Shown: positions 38,233 to 49,324, counted from the first letter of the stretch. The stretch is DNA of 64,000 nucleotides from an uncultured Gemmatimonadales bacterium (GCA_963850905.1 CAWKMU010000003.1:1536001-1600000), one strand, 5' to 3'. Numbers and translations: made by a program. The notes: generated from the sequence alone by a model not told the origin.

Positions 38233-39792
38233 TCACGACGGGACTGCATTCTCGGTGCCTGCGCGTCGGAGGACACCGACCGCGGCGTCCAGGAGCTTGC
38301 TCCCCAGGCCGCGGACCGCCTGTCGTTCGGCCTGCGTGAGGATCGGCAGCTTCCACGCGAGTGTCACGTACACGGCGAACAAGGACACGCGAGCGACAAT
38401 GGCCAGCGAGAGTGGACCAGCTGGCAGCAGCACACCGGCGATCACGACGCCGGTAGCCAACGCAAGGAGCCGCATGACCGGAGGCCAGTTGTATCGCACC
38501 GGCCAGAGCTGCTGTGACTTCACGTAGGCCCCCACGTAGCGGACCAAATAACCAATCACCGTGGCGATCGCGGCGCCCCAGCTGCCCCAACGCGGGATGA
38601 GGAGCGCATAGCCCGCGAATACCGCGACTGCGGCGAGCCAGTTGGCGATGGCCGTCCATTTCGTACGCTCGCTAATGCTGATGCCAATGTCCTGCGCAGC
38701 CGTCCAGGCCTGAAGCACCATCGCGATCAGCAGGATGGGAACAACGTTGGCGGCGGGCCAGTATGCTGGCGGTGTCAGCACCTGCAAGCCGACCCGCACG
38801 AACAGGCAGATGCCAACGGCACCGGTGAGGAGGATGAAGTTCTGGTACAGGAACATCTGCGCGTATATGCCATGCCGGTCGCCGCGATCGGCCAGCTCGT
38901 AGCGCTTCGGGCTCAGGACCATCTCGATGGGGGTCTGTGCGAGGAAGGGGAGGAGAAAGGCAAACTGATAGGCCAGCGTGTAGTTGCCGACGTAGGTGAG
39001 ATTCCTCGACGCGCGCAGAAACGGGCGGTCCCCATAGGTCAGTACGAAGGTCGCAACTTGGGTCGCCATGAGCGGAAGACCGAACCGATACAGGTCGTGC
39101 GCCACGGAGCGCACGTATCGAAGTCCCACACCACGTACCGCCAGGACCATGAGCACGGCGCCAATACAGGAATTCGCCACGATCGTGCTCAGAAACATCG
39201 CCCGAGCTCCCAGGTGAGCGACTGTCAAGAGCAGGACATTGAGGATCACCTGTATCGACAAACGGGCCAGCTGAGCGCCAACGATGAGGCGGAACCGACC
39301 CATCGCGCGGAAGTATGGCCCTGGGACGAAAGTCGGTGCGGACGTGATGGCACTCACGGCCCCCAACCGGACTAACCCCGTGTACTTGTCGGACCCCAGC
39401 ACATAGTGCGCGATCGGCGGCGCCAGGAGGAGTGCGAGTAGCCCCGCCACCGCATAGCCGCCGCAAACGATCCATAGCGAGGTGGAGATCACGCCGCGAC
39501 GCTCAGCGTCGGTGCTCGCTTTGTAGTAGAAGCGAAAGACGCCGCCTAGCAATCGCGACCCGGCGACAATCGTCAAGACATCGAGGCTGTTCTCGACCAG
39601 CTCGAGGGCGCCGTAATCGGCCACCGACAGATAGTGCGTGTACAGCGGCAGCATCATGAAGGACAGCATCTTGCTGATGAGTGCCGCGCCTGCGAACAAC
39701 AGGGCACTCTTGCCCATCGCCTCGAACTTGACCGGCGCGGGCGGCGCCTCGATGTCGACGGGCGGCATGAATGGATCGCCGCCGATGGACAT
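38233..39792 (-). CDS. wzx: Wzx-type polysaccharide flippase
   Basis: LPLYTHYLS..DYG, FGLPL, DR.FL, VG.Y..A, GAAIAT; many TM segments. Confidence 0.85.
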   Translation of the reverse strand: MSIGGDPFMPPVDIEAPPAPVKFEAMGKSALLFAGAALISKMLSFMMLPLYTHYLSVADYGALELVENSLDVLTIVAGSRLLGGVFRFYYKASTDAERRGVISTSLWIVCGGYAVAGLLALLLAPPIAHYVLGSDKYTGLVRLGAVSAITSAPTFVPGPYFRAMGRFRLIVGAQLARLSIQVILNVLLLTVAHLGARAMFLSTIVANSCIGAVLMVLAVRGVGLRYVRSVAHDLYRFGLPLMATQVATFVLTYGDRPFLRASRNLTYVGNYTLAYQFAFLLPFLAQTPIEMVLSPKRYELADRGDRHGIYAQMFLYQNFILLTGAVGICLFVRVGLQVLTPPAYWPAANVVPILLIAMVLQAWTAAQDIGISISERTKWTAIANWLAAVAVFAGYALLIPRWGSWGAAIATVIGYLVRYVGAYVKSQQLWPVRYNWPPVMRLLALATGVVIAGVLLPAGPLSLAIVARVSLFAVYVTLAWKLPILTQAERQAVRGLGSKLLDAAVGVLRRAGTENAVPS

Positions 39793-39859
39793 GACGCCGC
39801 CGGTCTCGGCGTTTGCGCGCGCCGCCGCTTCGGTCGTTCCGGACGGCGGTTCGGCGGGA

Positions 39860-41434
39860 CTACTCACGCGGCGCTGCCGGTTGCGCACGGACGATTTGCA
39901 CGCCATCGAACGACACCGGAGCGTCCAGATGGTCATGGGCGCCCAAGTAGGTGAGTACCAGTGTCGGACCGTCCTTGAGAGGGTCGAGAACTTGGGCCGC
40001 CGTGACGAACCACACCGGATGCTGCATCGCGTTCAGAGAGGCGAGGCGTGCTGCCACGACTGTGGTGTCTCGAATCACGTATGAGGTCGGGTCGTACCTG
40101 TCGAGATTGATGTCCACTGGCACTCCGTAGACCGGAGTGCTCCGATCGATCGGTTGGAAGTAGTCGTTGAAGGGCAGCAAACGGTCTGGATCGTACACCA
40201 ATACGATGTCGCCGGGCGCCGCCCGGTCTGCGACGTAGCGTGCGGCACTCCGCCAGTCCTCGCGTTGCACGCCGTGCCGTTGATAACTCAGGAGACAAAT
40301 GGCCGTGAGTCCCGCGACGCCGCCGCGCTCGACGAGGCGCGCCCACCCCATCGTCGTGCGGTCGATCCACATGGCATAAATGAGCAGTAAGCCTGGCATT
40401 GCGATCAGCAAGTGCTGGGGGTGCACGGGGGTCACACGGAACAGGTGCAGCAAGCCGAGCACCGCGAGCGGGAGGAAGGCCGACACCGTGAGCCCCACTT
40501 CATCCCGATCCCACGGAGTTCGAGGCGCCACCGTGCGCAGCAGCGGAAACGCGATGGCGATGGCTAGGAAGATCGGCACGATGTGTGGCCACGACAGGAC
40601 CTCGGCGCGACCCTCGAAGGCACCCATCATCACTTCGCCTGTCTTATACAAAGCGTATCGAAGATTGGTCGAAGGAGCGATCGAGTTGTCGATCGGATGC
40701 AGCGCGATCTGTGACCGGATGACCAGGACCATCGGTGCGACGGCGCAGCCGGCGATGGCCAACATGCCAGTGACTAGCGACGTGCGGCGCTTGGCGATGA
40801 CGGAAGCGCCCCACTGGCCCGCCAGAGCGAAGCCGCCGTAGTAGAACGTGAAAAGCAGGGCGATGGCCGAGCCGGCGTAACCGACGAGATTCCTGGGAGC
40901 CACGCGCGTCGTGCTGCGGACGATCCCGAGGAAGAAGTAGAGCGTGAGCGCTGTGAGCAGCAGGGCCAGTGCATAGCCACGAAGCTCGGATGCGGCCCAC
41001 ACGACCCCTGGAACGAACGCGGAAGCTATCCCCAGCCACCGCCACTGCGTGAGCCCGGCGCGCCGCCCGATCGCGGCCATCACGACGACAAATGCCATGG
41101 CTGCCAGTGTCGATAACGCGCGCCCGAACATCACGCTGCTATTGATCTCGCGCCAGAGGGCGAGCAACCCAAAGTAGAGCGGGGCCTGCAGCTCGTAGTG
41201 CAACCCGCGACGGATCGCGCCCAGCACCGGAAGGCGCGACGTGTACTCCGAGTACGCCTCGTCGATCCAGAGGCTCTTGTGCGCAGAGTTCCACGTCGCG
41301 AGCGCGCCAAGCGCGACCGCCGAGCCTGCGACCGCCCACCGCGCACCGCGCGACGTCACCGGGGTGCTAGGGAGCGACCCAGTTGGTGTCGCTGGCCGCG
41401 CCAGTGTATCGGTAGACGTAACGAGGGTATCCAT
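39860..41434 (-). CDS. GT-C (PMT-like) membrane glycosyltransferase
   Basis: KSLWIDEAY, APLYF, SELRGYAL, EDWRSAA. Confidence 0.82.
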   Translation of the reverse strand: MDTLVTSTDTLARPATPTGSLPSTPVTSRGARWAVAGSAVALGALATWNSAHKSLWIDEAYSEYTSRLPVLGAIRRGLHYELQAPLYFGLLALWREINSSVMFGRALSTLAAMAFVVVMAAIGRRAGLTQWRWLGIASAFVPGVVWAASELRGYALALLLTALTLYFFLGIVRSTTRVAPRNLVGYAGSAIALLFTFYYGGFALAGQWGASVIAKRRTSLVTGMLAIAGCAVAPMVLVIRSQIALHPIDNSIAPSTNLRYALYKTGEVMMGAFEGRAEVLSWPHIVPIFLAIAIAFPLLRTVAPRTPWDRDEVGLTVSAFLPLAVLGLLHLFRVTPVHPQHLLIAMPGLLLIYAMWIDRTTMGWARLVERGGVAGLTAICLLSYQRHGVQREDWRSAARYVADRAAPGDIVLVYDPDRLLPFNDYFQPIDRSTPVYGVPVDINLDRYDPTSYVIRDTTVVAARLASLNAMQHPVWFVTAAQVLDPLKDGPTLVLTYLGAHDHLDAPVSFDGVQIVRAQPAAPRE

Positions 41435-42968
41435 GATTGAACCGCTTGGGGGTTCCCGCCAACGCAACGAACCGCTCCCCCCAATCGCGGTCGAGCGTAT
41501 AGTACCGCGCCAGCAAGGAAACCGGTGGGGTTTCCTTCTCGAGCGGAATGTTCGTCAGCACGTACGCCTGGCCAGCAGGATGGACGACCGGCCCAAGCAG
41601 CTGCCACGCGCGCGTGCGATCGGCTTGTGTGTGTCCGGGTCCGCGACCCATGTCCTCGAGCGCCACCCAATGCTCGGCCGGCTCGAATAGCGGCACTCCG
41701 CTCGTCTGACCGATGTCCGGCGCGTACACGGGGGCGCCGAGCGCCCGCACCGCGGCGACGAAGTCCGCGTAGGCCGCGCGGGCGTCGGGCTCCGGTACGA
41801 TCGCGCGTCGAGGATCGTACAGCAGCGGCAGCATGACACAGACGGCGCCGAGCTGAGGGGCCGCTCGCGCCCAGGTTGGCCTATGCTTCACGGCTTCCGC
41901 CAGACGGCCAAGGCCGATCATGGCAAGTACGAGCGTAAAGGCACCGAAGGGGATGAAGACGTTGTTGGCCGATCCCCAGTCGAGCGCGCCCATGACCGCC
42001 GACGCAGCGCCCGCGATGAACTGCGCATCCCACGCGGTGAAACGCGTCTGTATCCGCCTAACGTCGATCAGGAACGTGAGTCCGGCGAACAGGAGCGCAA
42101 ACGGGTACCACACGCCGAAGTAGCGCACGAGCCGGATCACCATATCGAATCCGACGCGCGACCACCCGCGTGGCACCGACCAGGTGAAGTAATGGAACGC
42201 TGGCCCAAACGGCCACTGGACTGCCGCCACGTACGCGACGGGGCCGAGCAGCATCGCGATCGCCCAATACGGTATCGATCGGCGCCACCCTTCGCGCCAA
42301 GTCAAATACAGCACGCCCGCCATCGCGAAGAGTGCACCATGCTGCTTGAACCAGAACGACAGGACGAGCACGGCGACGCCAACCATCCGCGTCCGCCGCG
42401 ATTCCGCCCCGATGAGATACGTGCCCAGCAACGCTGCGCAGAGCATCCAGGAATCCGAATGCGCCGTGTCCAGGTAGGAGTCCATCACGTAGTAGGCGGT
42501 GGCGAAGGCGCCGAGGGCGATCGCGCCCCACCATGTGGATTGCGTCGCTCGACGAACGGCCGCAAAGATCACGAGCCCGCTGCCGGCTTGCCCCAAGATC
42601 GCCACGACCCGGAGCACGCTCAGGTTCGGGCCAAACACCCACATGGCAGGCGCGGCGAGGTAGTAATACAGCGGGTTGTAGGCAAGAGCGACGAACGCCG
42701 GCAAAGGCTGAGGATAGACCGGCTTCCCCGTCGCTGCGCGGACTGCGTGCTGCAGAATCGTCCCTTCCATGAGGTCGAGGTGCAATGGGAAGGGCACATG
42801 ATCGAACCAGAGCCAGATGGTGAACCCGATGGCTGCAACGGCGGCGAAGAGGAGCCACGCGCGCGCCCACGACCGCGCCGTCCCGAGCTCGCCTCGGGCG
42901 AAATCGGCACCGGTCAGGCCAAAGGCCCCGCCGATATACAGGGCACGTATCGCGAGGCCCACCGTCAT
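41367..42968 (-). CDS. GT-C-like multi-pass membrane protein
   Basis: LDLMEG, YNPLYYY, DTAHSD, FKQ; many TM segments. Confidence 0.7.
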   Translation of the reverse strand: MTVGLAIRALYIGGAFGLTGADFARGELGTARSWARAWLLFAAVAAIGFTIWLWFDHVPFPLHLDLMEGTILQHAVRAATGKPVYPQPLPAFVALAYNPLYYYLAAPAMWVFGPNLSVLRVVAILGQAGSGLVIFAAVRRATQSTWWGAIALGAFATAYYVMDSYLDTAHSDSWMLCAALLGTYLIGAESRRTRMVGVAVLVLSFWFKQHGALFAMAGVLYLTWREGWRRSIPYWAIAMLLGPVAYVAAVQWPFGPAFHYFTWSVPRGWSRVGFDMVIRLVRYFGVWYPFALLFAGLTFLIDVRRIQTRFTAWDAQFIAGAASAVMGALDWGSANNVFIPFGAFTLVLAMIGLGRLAEAVKHRPTWARAAPQLGAVCVMLPLLYDPRRAIVPEPDARAAYADFVAAVRALGAPVYAPDIGQTSGVPLFEPAEHWVALEDMGRGPGHTQADRTRAWQLLGPVVHPAGQAYVLTNIPLEKETPPVSLLARYYTLDRDWGERFVALAGTPKRFNHGYPRYVYRYTGAASDTNWVAP

Positions 42969-45640
42969 GGTCCGCACCCCGCTGGGAGGTCGTGGCGTTG
43001 AGCGAGGGTGGCTAGCAGTGCGCCAGCGGCAGCGCGATGCCCCTCGGCGTTCCAGTGCCACGCGTCCGTGAAGTAGACGGGCTGCGGCTCGTGCCGTCGG
43101 AGGGAGTCCGATAGGTCAACGACGGGCAGGCCGACGGATGCAGCCAGTGGGCGAAGCTCGGCGAGTGGCCGATCGAGGTCGTAGGTCCCCGGGTCCGAAA
43201 ACGGTATCCCCGACTGTGGGACGTAAACCAGGTCCGCCCTGCGCGACACCTGGACGGCGCCCGGCACGAACGCAATGACGAGATCCGCGCCGACGCTACG
43301 CGCGGTGTCGCGAATCGAAGTCAGGAACGCCGTCATCCGTGCGATGTTGTCCGGTGCGTACAGTCTGTTCGGCCCGCGACGGAAATACTCGAGCAGCAAC
43401 TTCCATTGGCTCCGACGCGAGGGGTGCCTGCGAATCGCGGAGAATGCGGCGTCGTAATCCTCTGACAGGTGTGTGACGAGCTGCGAACGTCCGAGGAGTG
43501 CGATGCGGCCCAAGCGAGGCCGCACGAGTCCGATGTTCCGGCGACGCGAGGCGGAGTCGATCAAGATGTCCGACCACTCGTTGACGTAGAACTGATAGAC
43601 GATCACGTTGGGACGAAAGAGCGGCCCGAGCTCGCTGATCTCGGGTCCTTCTTCATTCGGGCCGTAGCCCGTCACGCCTCCGTCGATGACTTGCACCGGC
43701 GCCGCGGTCGCGCATCGACTCAACGCAGTCTGCAACAACGCGGGGTACGAGTACTCGTAGTTCAGCCCCTCCGGCATCGTGAACGCGTCGCCGACGGCGA
43801 GGAGCCGATACGTGTTGGGCACCGCGCGGGCCGGCGTGATATCCGGACCCTCGAGCCCCAGCGAGTTCGTGCGGACGACGTAGTCGTAATCGTTGTACCG
43901 TAGTCGTGTGACCCGATTTGGGATGAGGCCGTACGCGCGCGTCGGATGCACCATGAGGGCCGGACGCTCTCCCCAGCCTCCGACCTCGGTCGGCGCAAAT
44001 CGGGCTAACACGCCCTCACCCGCGAGTAACACGACGAGCGTCAGCGCCGCACCACCGGCCCACGCGCGAGCCAGCTCGACGCGTCGCCGCGACAAGAGGG
44101 TCGTCCACGCCGCCAGGACGATGGCGACGAGCGTGGCGAGATAACCGTAGCCAGCCGGCAGCACGAACAGGCTCGCGAATGCGCCCGCGAGCGCCGTGCG
44201 GCGGCAGAACTGTGCGAGGGCAGACTCGCTCGGCGACGCATTTCGCGCCGTCCACTCGAGCCAGCCGCAGAGTACGACGCTCGCGGCGAGAATCACGCAA
44301 AGCGCCCGCTGTGGTCGATCATCGGGTGTCAGGTGGGGCTCGATGACAAGCAGTAGGACTGGAACGACGAACCCGAGGGCGTAGGACAGCGCACGATCCC
44401 GCGTCGCAGCCCAAACGGCGGCATCGCGCTCGACCCACGCGACCAGTCGCTCGACCGCAACCGCGCCCGGGATTGACAACGCCAACACCAGCACGGCTGC
44501 AGTCCCGTGAGCGATCGGTCGCGACCGGAGCAGTTCGGCGGTCCAACGGAGCGGCGTCTGGTGCAGCAGGAATACTGCGTACGACGCGCCGCCCAGCCAC
44601 ATGATCGCGCGGGCCAGTGGTCCGAATCTGCGCACGCCCTGCCAGAGCGCGTAGGCCAGGCCAGTGAGTCCGAGCGTGACGAGCAGGTTCGACACCAACG
44701 CGCCCCACAAGAAGATCGACGCGCCCAGGCCAACGATATAACATGCGGCAGCACCCACGAAGATCCGCAGTGTTCCGCGGTCATCGTCGGACGCAAACGC
44801 GGGTCGCTTGGTCAACCACACCGCCGCACACATGCCCGCCGTGAACTCGGCCAGTCGCGAGCCGAAGAACATGCCAGTGAGCCAGAAGTAGCGGTCGTGC
44901 GACAACTCGATCCCTACTGTACGGGACGCGAGCGTGAACACGAAAGTGGCGACGAAGAACCGGCCGACACCGAGCCGTCCGACTACCCGCCACAGGAACG
45001 GGTAGACGATGTACAGCTGGATGATGAGCCAGACGAACCACCACGACGGCGAGATTGCAAAGAACAGCGATGGCAATCCGCGGAACCCCGTTGCGCTCAC
45101 GAACGTCGATGGCGCCCCGAACGTGAGTGTGCTCGGCACGAGCAAGGCGAGCGTCAGAATGACGAAGTGCATCGCGATGTACAGGGGGTAGAGCCGCGCG
45201 GCACGCCGTCGATAGAATGGTGCGATCTCGAACGGGCCGCCCAGCACACCATCACTGCGGGACAGCGTCGCCAACGTCAGCCCGAGCCCACTTGTGAAAA
45301 TGAACACACCAGGCCCGGCGTCGCCGAGAAAACCAAGGACGCGGACGACCGTCAGCGGCGCGTTCGGGCCGGACAGAAAGAAGGTGTGCAGCCGGGTCGA
45401 CAGCGATGCCGGGAAATTGTTGTCCGGGTTGGTGAACCACGGACCGGGGGCAAACGACTCCACCAGGTGGTTCAGCAGGATCCCGATGATCGCGAATGCC
45501 TTCGCCGCCTCTACCCAGTCGAGGCGGCCGGACCTGCCAACACCAGTCGGCGGCTGAAACGACGAATGAGCGAAGTCGGCGCCGGACTCTACGACGCCGG
45601 CGCCTGGGACACCGACGCCCGCGGCGCCGGTCACCGTCAT
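42965..45640 (-). CDS. Acyltransferase-3 + SGNH-like domain (OafA/OatA-type O-acyltransferase)
   Basis: RLDW...H, GVFIFTSGLGL, FYRRRAARLYP, WF..LIIQLY..YP, SY..FLLH; C-terminal NSLG, VGDAFT, GVTGYG, DAWHWN..GH. Confidence 0.85.
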   Translation of the reverse strand: MTVTGAAGVGVPGAGVVESGADFAHSSFQPPTGVGRSGRLDWVEAAKAFAIIGILLNHLVESFAPGPWFTNPDNNFPASLSTRLHTFFLSGPNAPLTVVRVLGFLGDAGPGVFIFTSGLGLTLATLSRSDGVLGGPFEIAPFYRRRAARLYPLYIAMHFVILTLALLVPSTLTFGAPSTFVSATGFRGLPSLFFAISPSWWFVWLIIQLYIVYPFLWRVVGRLGVGRFFVATFVFTLASRTVGIELSHDRYFWLTGMFFGSRLAEFTAGMCAAVWLTKRPAFASDDDRGTLRIFVGAAACYIVGLGASIFLWGALVSNLLVTLGLTGLAYALWQGVRRFGPLARAIMWLGGASYAVFLLHQTPLRWTAELLRSRPIAHGTAAVLVLALSIPGAVAVERLVAWVERDAAVWAATRDRALSYALGFVVPVLLLVIEPHLTPDDRPQRALCVILAASVVLCGWLEWTARNASPSESALAQFCRRTALAGAFASLFVLPAGYGYLATLVAIVLAAWTTLLSRRRVELARAWAGGAALTLVVLLAGEGVLARFAPTEVGGWGERPALMVHPTRAYGLIPNRVTRLRYNDYDYVVRTNSLGLEGPDITPARAVPNTYRLLAVGDAFTMPEGLNYEYSYPALLQTALSRCATAAPVQVIDGGVTGYGPNEEGPEISELGPLFRPNVIVYQFYVNEWSDILIDSASRRRNIGLVRPRLGRIALLGRSQLVTHLSEDYDAAFSAIRRHPSRRSQWKLLLEYFRRGPNRLYAPDNIARMTAFLTSIRDTARSVGADLVIAFVPGAVQVSRRADLVYVPQSGIPFSDPGTYDLDRPLAELRPLAASVGLPVVDLSDSLRRHEPQPVYFTDAWHWNAEGHRAAAGALLATLAQRHDLPAGCGP

Positions 45641-47418
45641 GGGCCGATGCCGGCCACCAGCTCGGAGTCGCTGGCTGCGCCTGACCAGGCCAAGGCGCGG
45701 TTCAAGAGGCGCCATTCGCCATCACCGGCGGGTGCATGCGCGTCGGGCGCCTCGATTTCGGCGGCTTCGGGGACCGCGCAGCCCGTCACGCAGGTCGCGG
45801 CAATTCGGCGCACCTCATCGAACTGCACACGTGAGAACGCGTCCGCCGCGAATCGCCCGTTGAGGAACCCGACGAGCGCGCGCACCTCATGCGCGAGTCC
45901 ACGCTCCATCGCCACGAACGCGTCCGAGACGAAATCGATCAAGGCCGGATCGGGCGCGTTGTGACCGCGCCCGATGCCGACGTAGCGCGTCGTCGGGTTC
46001 GCAACCGTGGTCCGCGACCACGCGTTCGCGCCGTCGACGACGCAGCGGAGGCGCGGCGCCGCTTCCAGCACCACGTTCGGGCAATCCACGTAGTCCCGAT
46101 GAGCCGTGCAGATGATCACCGTCTCCGCCCCGGCCATCGCGTCGACCAGGTCGTTCGTGAACTCGGGCGCGAATCCACTCCTGACCAGATTCTGGTCGTC
46201 GCGCTTGACGTAGGGATCGTGCAGCCGCACCCGTGCCCCGCGCTCACGCAGCAGCCGGGCGAGGACGAGTGTCGGGGAGTTTCGCGTATCCTCGGAATTG
46301 AAGCGATACGCGACGCCGAGCAGCGTCACTGCCTGCCGCACGCTCGCCGGGCCGAGTGCACGCTCGGCCAGACGGATGGTCTCCTCAGGCGACTCGTCGT
46401 TGATCCGGCGCGCTTCGAGAATGAGACTGCGCGAGGCGTCGACGTGTGCCTCGAGCGCCCGCCACCAGAGCAGGATCCCGTCCTTGGGCAGGCAATGCCC
46501 GCCGACACCAATGGTGGGCACCAGCAAGCCGCCGCTGGGTACGGCTGTGGGTCGATGGGAGGCATCGTCTGACTGCCCCTGGCGCGTATTCACGGCGTCG
46601 CGCACGGCGTAGAAATCGACGTCGTGCACATCGCACCAGCGCACGACCTCCGCCGCGAACGCGATGCGCACATCGCGATACGCATTCTCGAGCGTCTTCA
46701 CGACCTCCGCCGTCATGCTGTTGGTCGGGTGCAGCGTGCCCTGGGTGACGATCCGACTGTACAAGCGCCGGATGAGCTCGGGCGTGATCGGGTTGAGGCC
46801 GGCCACGATCTTGTCGGATGAGCGGACGCGCTCCACGAGACGCCCCGGCATCACGCGATTGGGGCTATTCCCGAGCAGAATGTCGCGCCCCTCGACCAGC
46901 CCATACCGGGCGAAGTGCTCCCGCACGATGGTCGTCATCGACGACGGCGCCAAGGTCGACTCGAAGATGATGAGCGGCATGTTGCCCTGCGGTCGCGCAC
47001 GGAGGTGCTCGCCCACGCCCGTCAGCGCCTCGAATAACGGGCCGTAGTCCGGGCCGAAGCCGCGTTTGTCGGTCTGCACGCAGACGAGGATCACGTCCGC
47101 GTCGCGAACGGTGGCATAATCGCTCGTCGCGCTCAACAGCCCTGCCTGGACGGACTCCGCCACGACGCGGTCGAGCTCCGGCTCGACCCCTCCGATCGGC
47201 GAGCGACCGGCGTTGATGGCATCGACCTTCCAGCCCGACGTCGGCGACGGGCGCTGGAGCACGACCACTTTGGCCGGATCGGGGGTGCCTTCCCGAATCC
47301 GTGCGTGTGCCAGCAGCGCGGCCATCGGCATCCCGACGATGCCAGGCCCTATGACGACGATCTTGCGGACTTCCCAGCTCGCGCGAGTTGGATGCGCGGA
47401 ATCGAGAGTGAGGGGCAC
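45637..47418 (-). CDS. Nucleotide-sugar dehydrogenase (UDP-glucose/GDP-mannose dehydrogenase family)
   Basis: VIGPGIVG, ESTLAP, PNRVMPG, AEVVKTLENAYRDV, GVGGHCLPKDG, GVAY...DTRNSP. Start approximate. Confidence 0.9.
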   Translation of the reverse strand: MPLTLDSAHPTRASWEVRKIVVIGPGIVGMPMAALLAHARIREGTPDPAKVVVLQRPSPTSGWKVDAINAGRSPIGGVEPELDRVVAESVQAGLLSATSDYATVRDADVILVCVQTDKRGFGPDYGPLFEALTGVGEHLRARPQGNMPLIIFESTLAPSSMTTIVREHFARYGLVEGRDILLGNSPNRVMPGRLVERVRSSDKIVAGLNPITPELIRRLYSRIVTQGTLHPTNSMTAEVVKTLENAYRDVRIAFAAEVVRWCDVHDVDFYAVRDAVNTRQGQSDDASHRPTAVPSGGLLVPTIGVGGHCLPKDGILLWWRALEAHVDASRSLILEARRINDESPEETIRLAERALGPASVRQAVTLLGVAYRFNSEDTRNSPTLVLARLLRERGARVRLHDPYVKRDDQNLVRSGFAPEFTNDLVDAMAGAETVIICTAHRDYVDCPNVVLEAAPRLRCVVDGANAWSRTTVANPTTRYVGIGRGHNAPDPALIDFVSDAFVAMERGLAHEVRALVGFLNGRFAADAFSRVQFDEVRRIAATCVTGCAVPEAAEIEAPDAHAPAGDGEWRLLNRALAWSGAASDSELVAGIGP

Positions 47419-47441
47419 AGAGAAAAAGTCGAGAGGAGAGC

Positions 47442-49322
47442 TCAGGCGTCCACGAACTCGCGGAACCACAGCTCGAGGTTGACGAGACCCCACAGGCGAC
47501 GACCGAACGCGAACTCATCGTCCAACAGCCGCTCGACCGCCTGGGGCTCGAAGAGCCCTCGCTCGCGTGCCTGGGCGGACAGCAGGACGTCGGCGAAGAA
47601 GTCACGCGACGCACCCTTGGCCCAGAGATGCAGCGGGACCGGGAAACCCATCTTGTCCTTGCGTTCCGCAATCGTCGCGGGGAGTACGTTCGCGGTCGAG
47701 CGCTTGAGCACGTACTTGAGCTCCCCACCGCGGAATTTCATGCGCGGGGGCATGCTCGTGACGAGATCTGCCAAGCGATGGTCGAGGAGCGGGACGCGCG
47801 ACTCCAGCGACGATGCCATGCTCACGCGATCCTCGACATGCAGCAGCGCCGGCAAGCCGGTCACCAGGTCGAAGTGCGTCATCTTGTTGTAGTACGACTT
47901 CGTGTCCGGGTGATTGAACACGCTCTGGAATCGCGCAAACAGCGCTTCCCGGTCGTACGCGGCTCGAAAATCCTCGCTGAACAGGTCGAGAGAGCCGCCG
48001 CTCCGGTCGATCAGGCGGAAGTAGCGACGGTCCATCGGCTCGAACACGTCGTGCTGCCAGAAGTGCTGCAGCATCGGCGCGTACTGCCGGAGCGCAGGCA
48101 GGTTGGGGATGATCGACTTGAGCGAGACGATGTGCTCGGCCTCCTCGGTGCTCTCGAAGATGGCGCCTTTGATCGCTTGCTCGAGATAGGCAACCAGGTA
48201 CCGTGCGTACCCCCCGAAGATCTCATCGCCTCCCTGGCCGCCGAGGCACACCTTGACGGTCCGTGACGCGCAGCGCGCGACGACGAACTGTGGGAAGAGG
48301 CCGGGTCCAGCGACCGGCTCGTCCATCTGATAGATCATGTCGGGCAGGAGGTCCACGAATTGGCGCTCGGTCGGCACGATCTCGTGCATCCGTGCGCCGC
48401 ACTCGCCGGCGACCTCGCGAGCGTATCGGGACTCATCGAACTCAGGTCCGTCGCGGAACACGCCCGTGAACGTGTGCAACGGATGTGATGCATGCGGCGC
48501 CGCCAACAGCGTCACGATGCTCGAGTCCATCCCGCCGCTGAGGTAGGCGCCGACCGGCACGTCGCTGCGCAGCTGGATGCGTATCGCGTCCTCGAGGAGT
48601 CGGCGGACCTCGACGACGAAATATTCTTCCGTATGGTATGGATCGATCGTGAATCGGGGCTCCCAATAGCCGCGAGTCTCGACGCGTCCGGAGACGAGAT
48701 CGACGAGTTGCCAATGGCCGGGGAGCAACTTGTTGATACCGGTGAACAGCGTGCGCTCGCCGGTCACGAATTGGAAGGTGAGATACTCCCGGACCGCATC
48801 GAAGTCGGGCTGGACGGTCACCGAGGGATGGCGCAAGAGCGCCTTGATCTCGGAGGCAAACAGCAAATGCCGCTCGGATGCGTGGTAGTAGAGCGGCTTG
48901 ATGCCGAAGTGATCCCGCGCCGCGAACACCGTCTGTCGGGCGCGATCGTACAGCAGAAAGGCGAACATGCCGTTCAGCGCCTTGACGCAGTCTGGCCCGT
49001 ACGCGGCATACATCGCGAGAATCACTTCCGTATCGGACTTGGTCTGAAACGTGTGACCGCGGCGGATGAGATCGGCCCGCAACTCCACGTAGTTGTAGAT
49101 CTCGCCATTGAACACGATCGTGAGCGGCCCGACCGTCATCGGTTGGGCGCCGGTGACGAGGTCGATGATGGCGAGCCGTTTGTGATAGAAGCCGAGGGGC
49201 CCGTCGATGAACTCTCCCTCGCCGTCCGGCCCCCGGTGATCGAGGGCCTGCGCCATGTCCGCCAGTATGGCTCGCTCGACCGTCTGGCGGTCCCGGTTGA
49301 TGATGCCGACGATGCCACACAT
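47442..49322 (-). CDS. asnB: Asparagine synthase (glutamine-hydrolysing)-like amidotransferase
   Basis: MCGIVG, HRGPD, RLAIID, FNGEIYNY, SDTEV, RDHFGIKPLYY, LSGGMDSS, GQGGDEIFGGY, DRVSMASSLESRVP, KMGFPVP. Confidence 0.93.
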   Translation of the reverse strand: MCGIVGIINRDRQTVERAILADMAQALDHRGPDGEGEFIDGPLGFYHKRLAIIDLVTGAQPMTVGPLTIVFNGEIYNYVELRADLIRRGHTFQTKSDTEVILAMYAAYGPDCVKALNGMFAFLLYDRARQTVFAARDHFGIKPLYYHASERHLLFASEIKALLRHPSVTVQPDFDAVREYLTFQFVTGERTLFTGINKLLPGHWQLVDLVSGRVETRGYWEPRFTIDPYHTEEYFVVEVRRLLEDAIRIQLRSDVPVGAYLSGGMDSSIVTLLAAPHASHPLHTFTGVFRDGPEFDESRYAREVAGECGARMHEIVPTERQFVDLLPDMIYQMDEPVAGPGLFPQFVVARCASRTVKVCLGGQGGDEIFGGYARYLVAYLEQAIKGAIFESTEEAEHIVSLKSIIPNLPALRQYAPMLQHFWQHDVFEPMDRRYFRLIDRSGGSLDLFSEDFRAAYDREALFARFQSVFNHPDTKSYYNKMTHFDLVTGLPALLHVEDRVSMASSLESRVPLLDHRLADLVTSMPPRMKFRGGELKYVLKRSTANVLPATIAERKDKMGFPVPLHLWAKGASRDFFADVLLSAQARERGLFEPQAVERLLDDEFAFGRRLWGLVNLELWFREFVDA

Positions 49323-49324
49323 GG

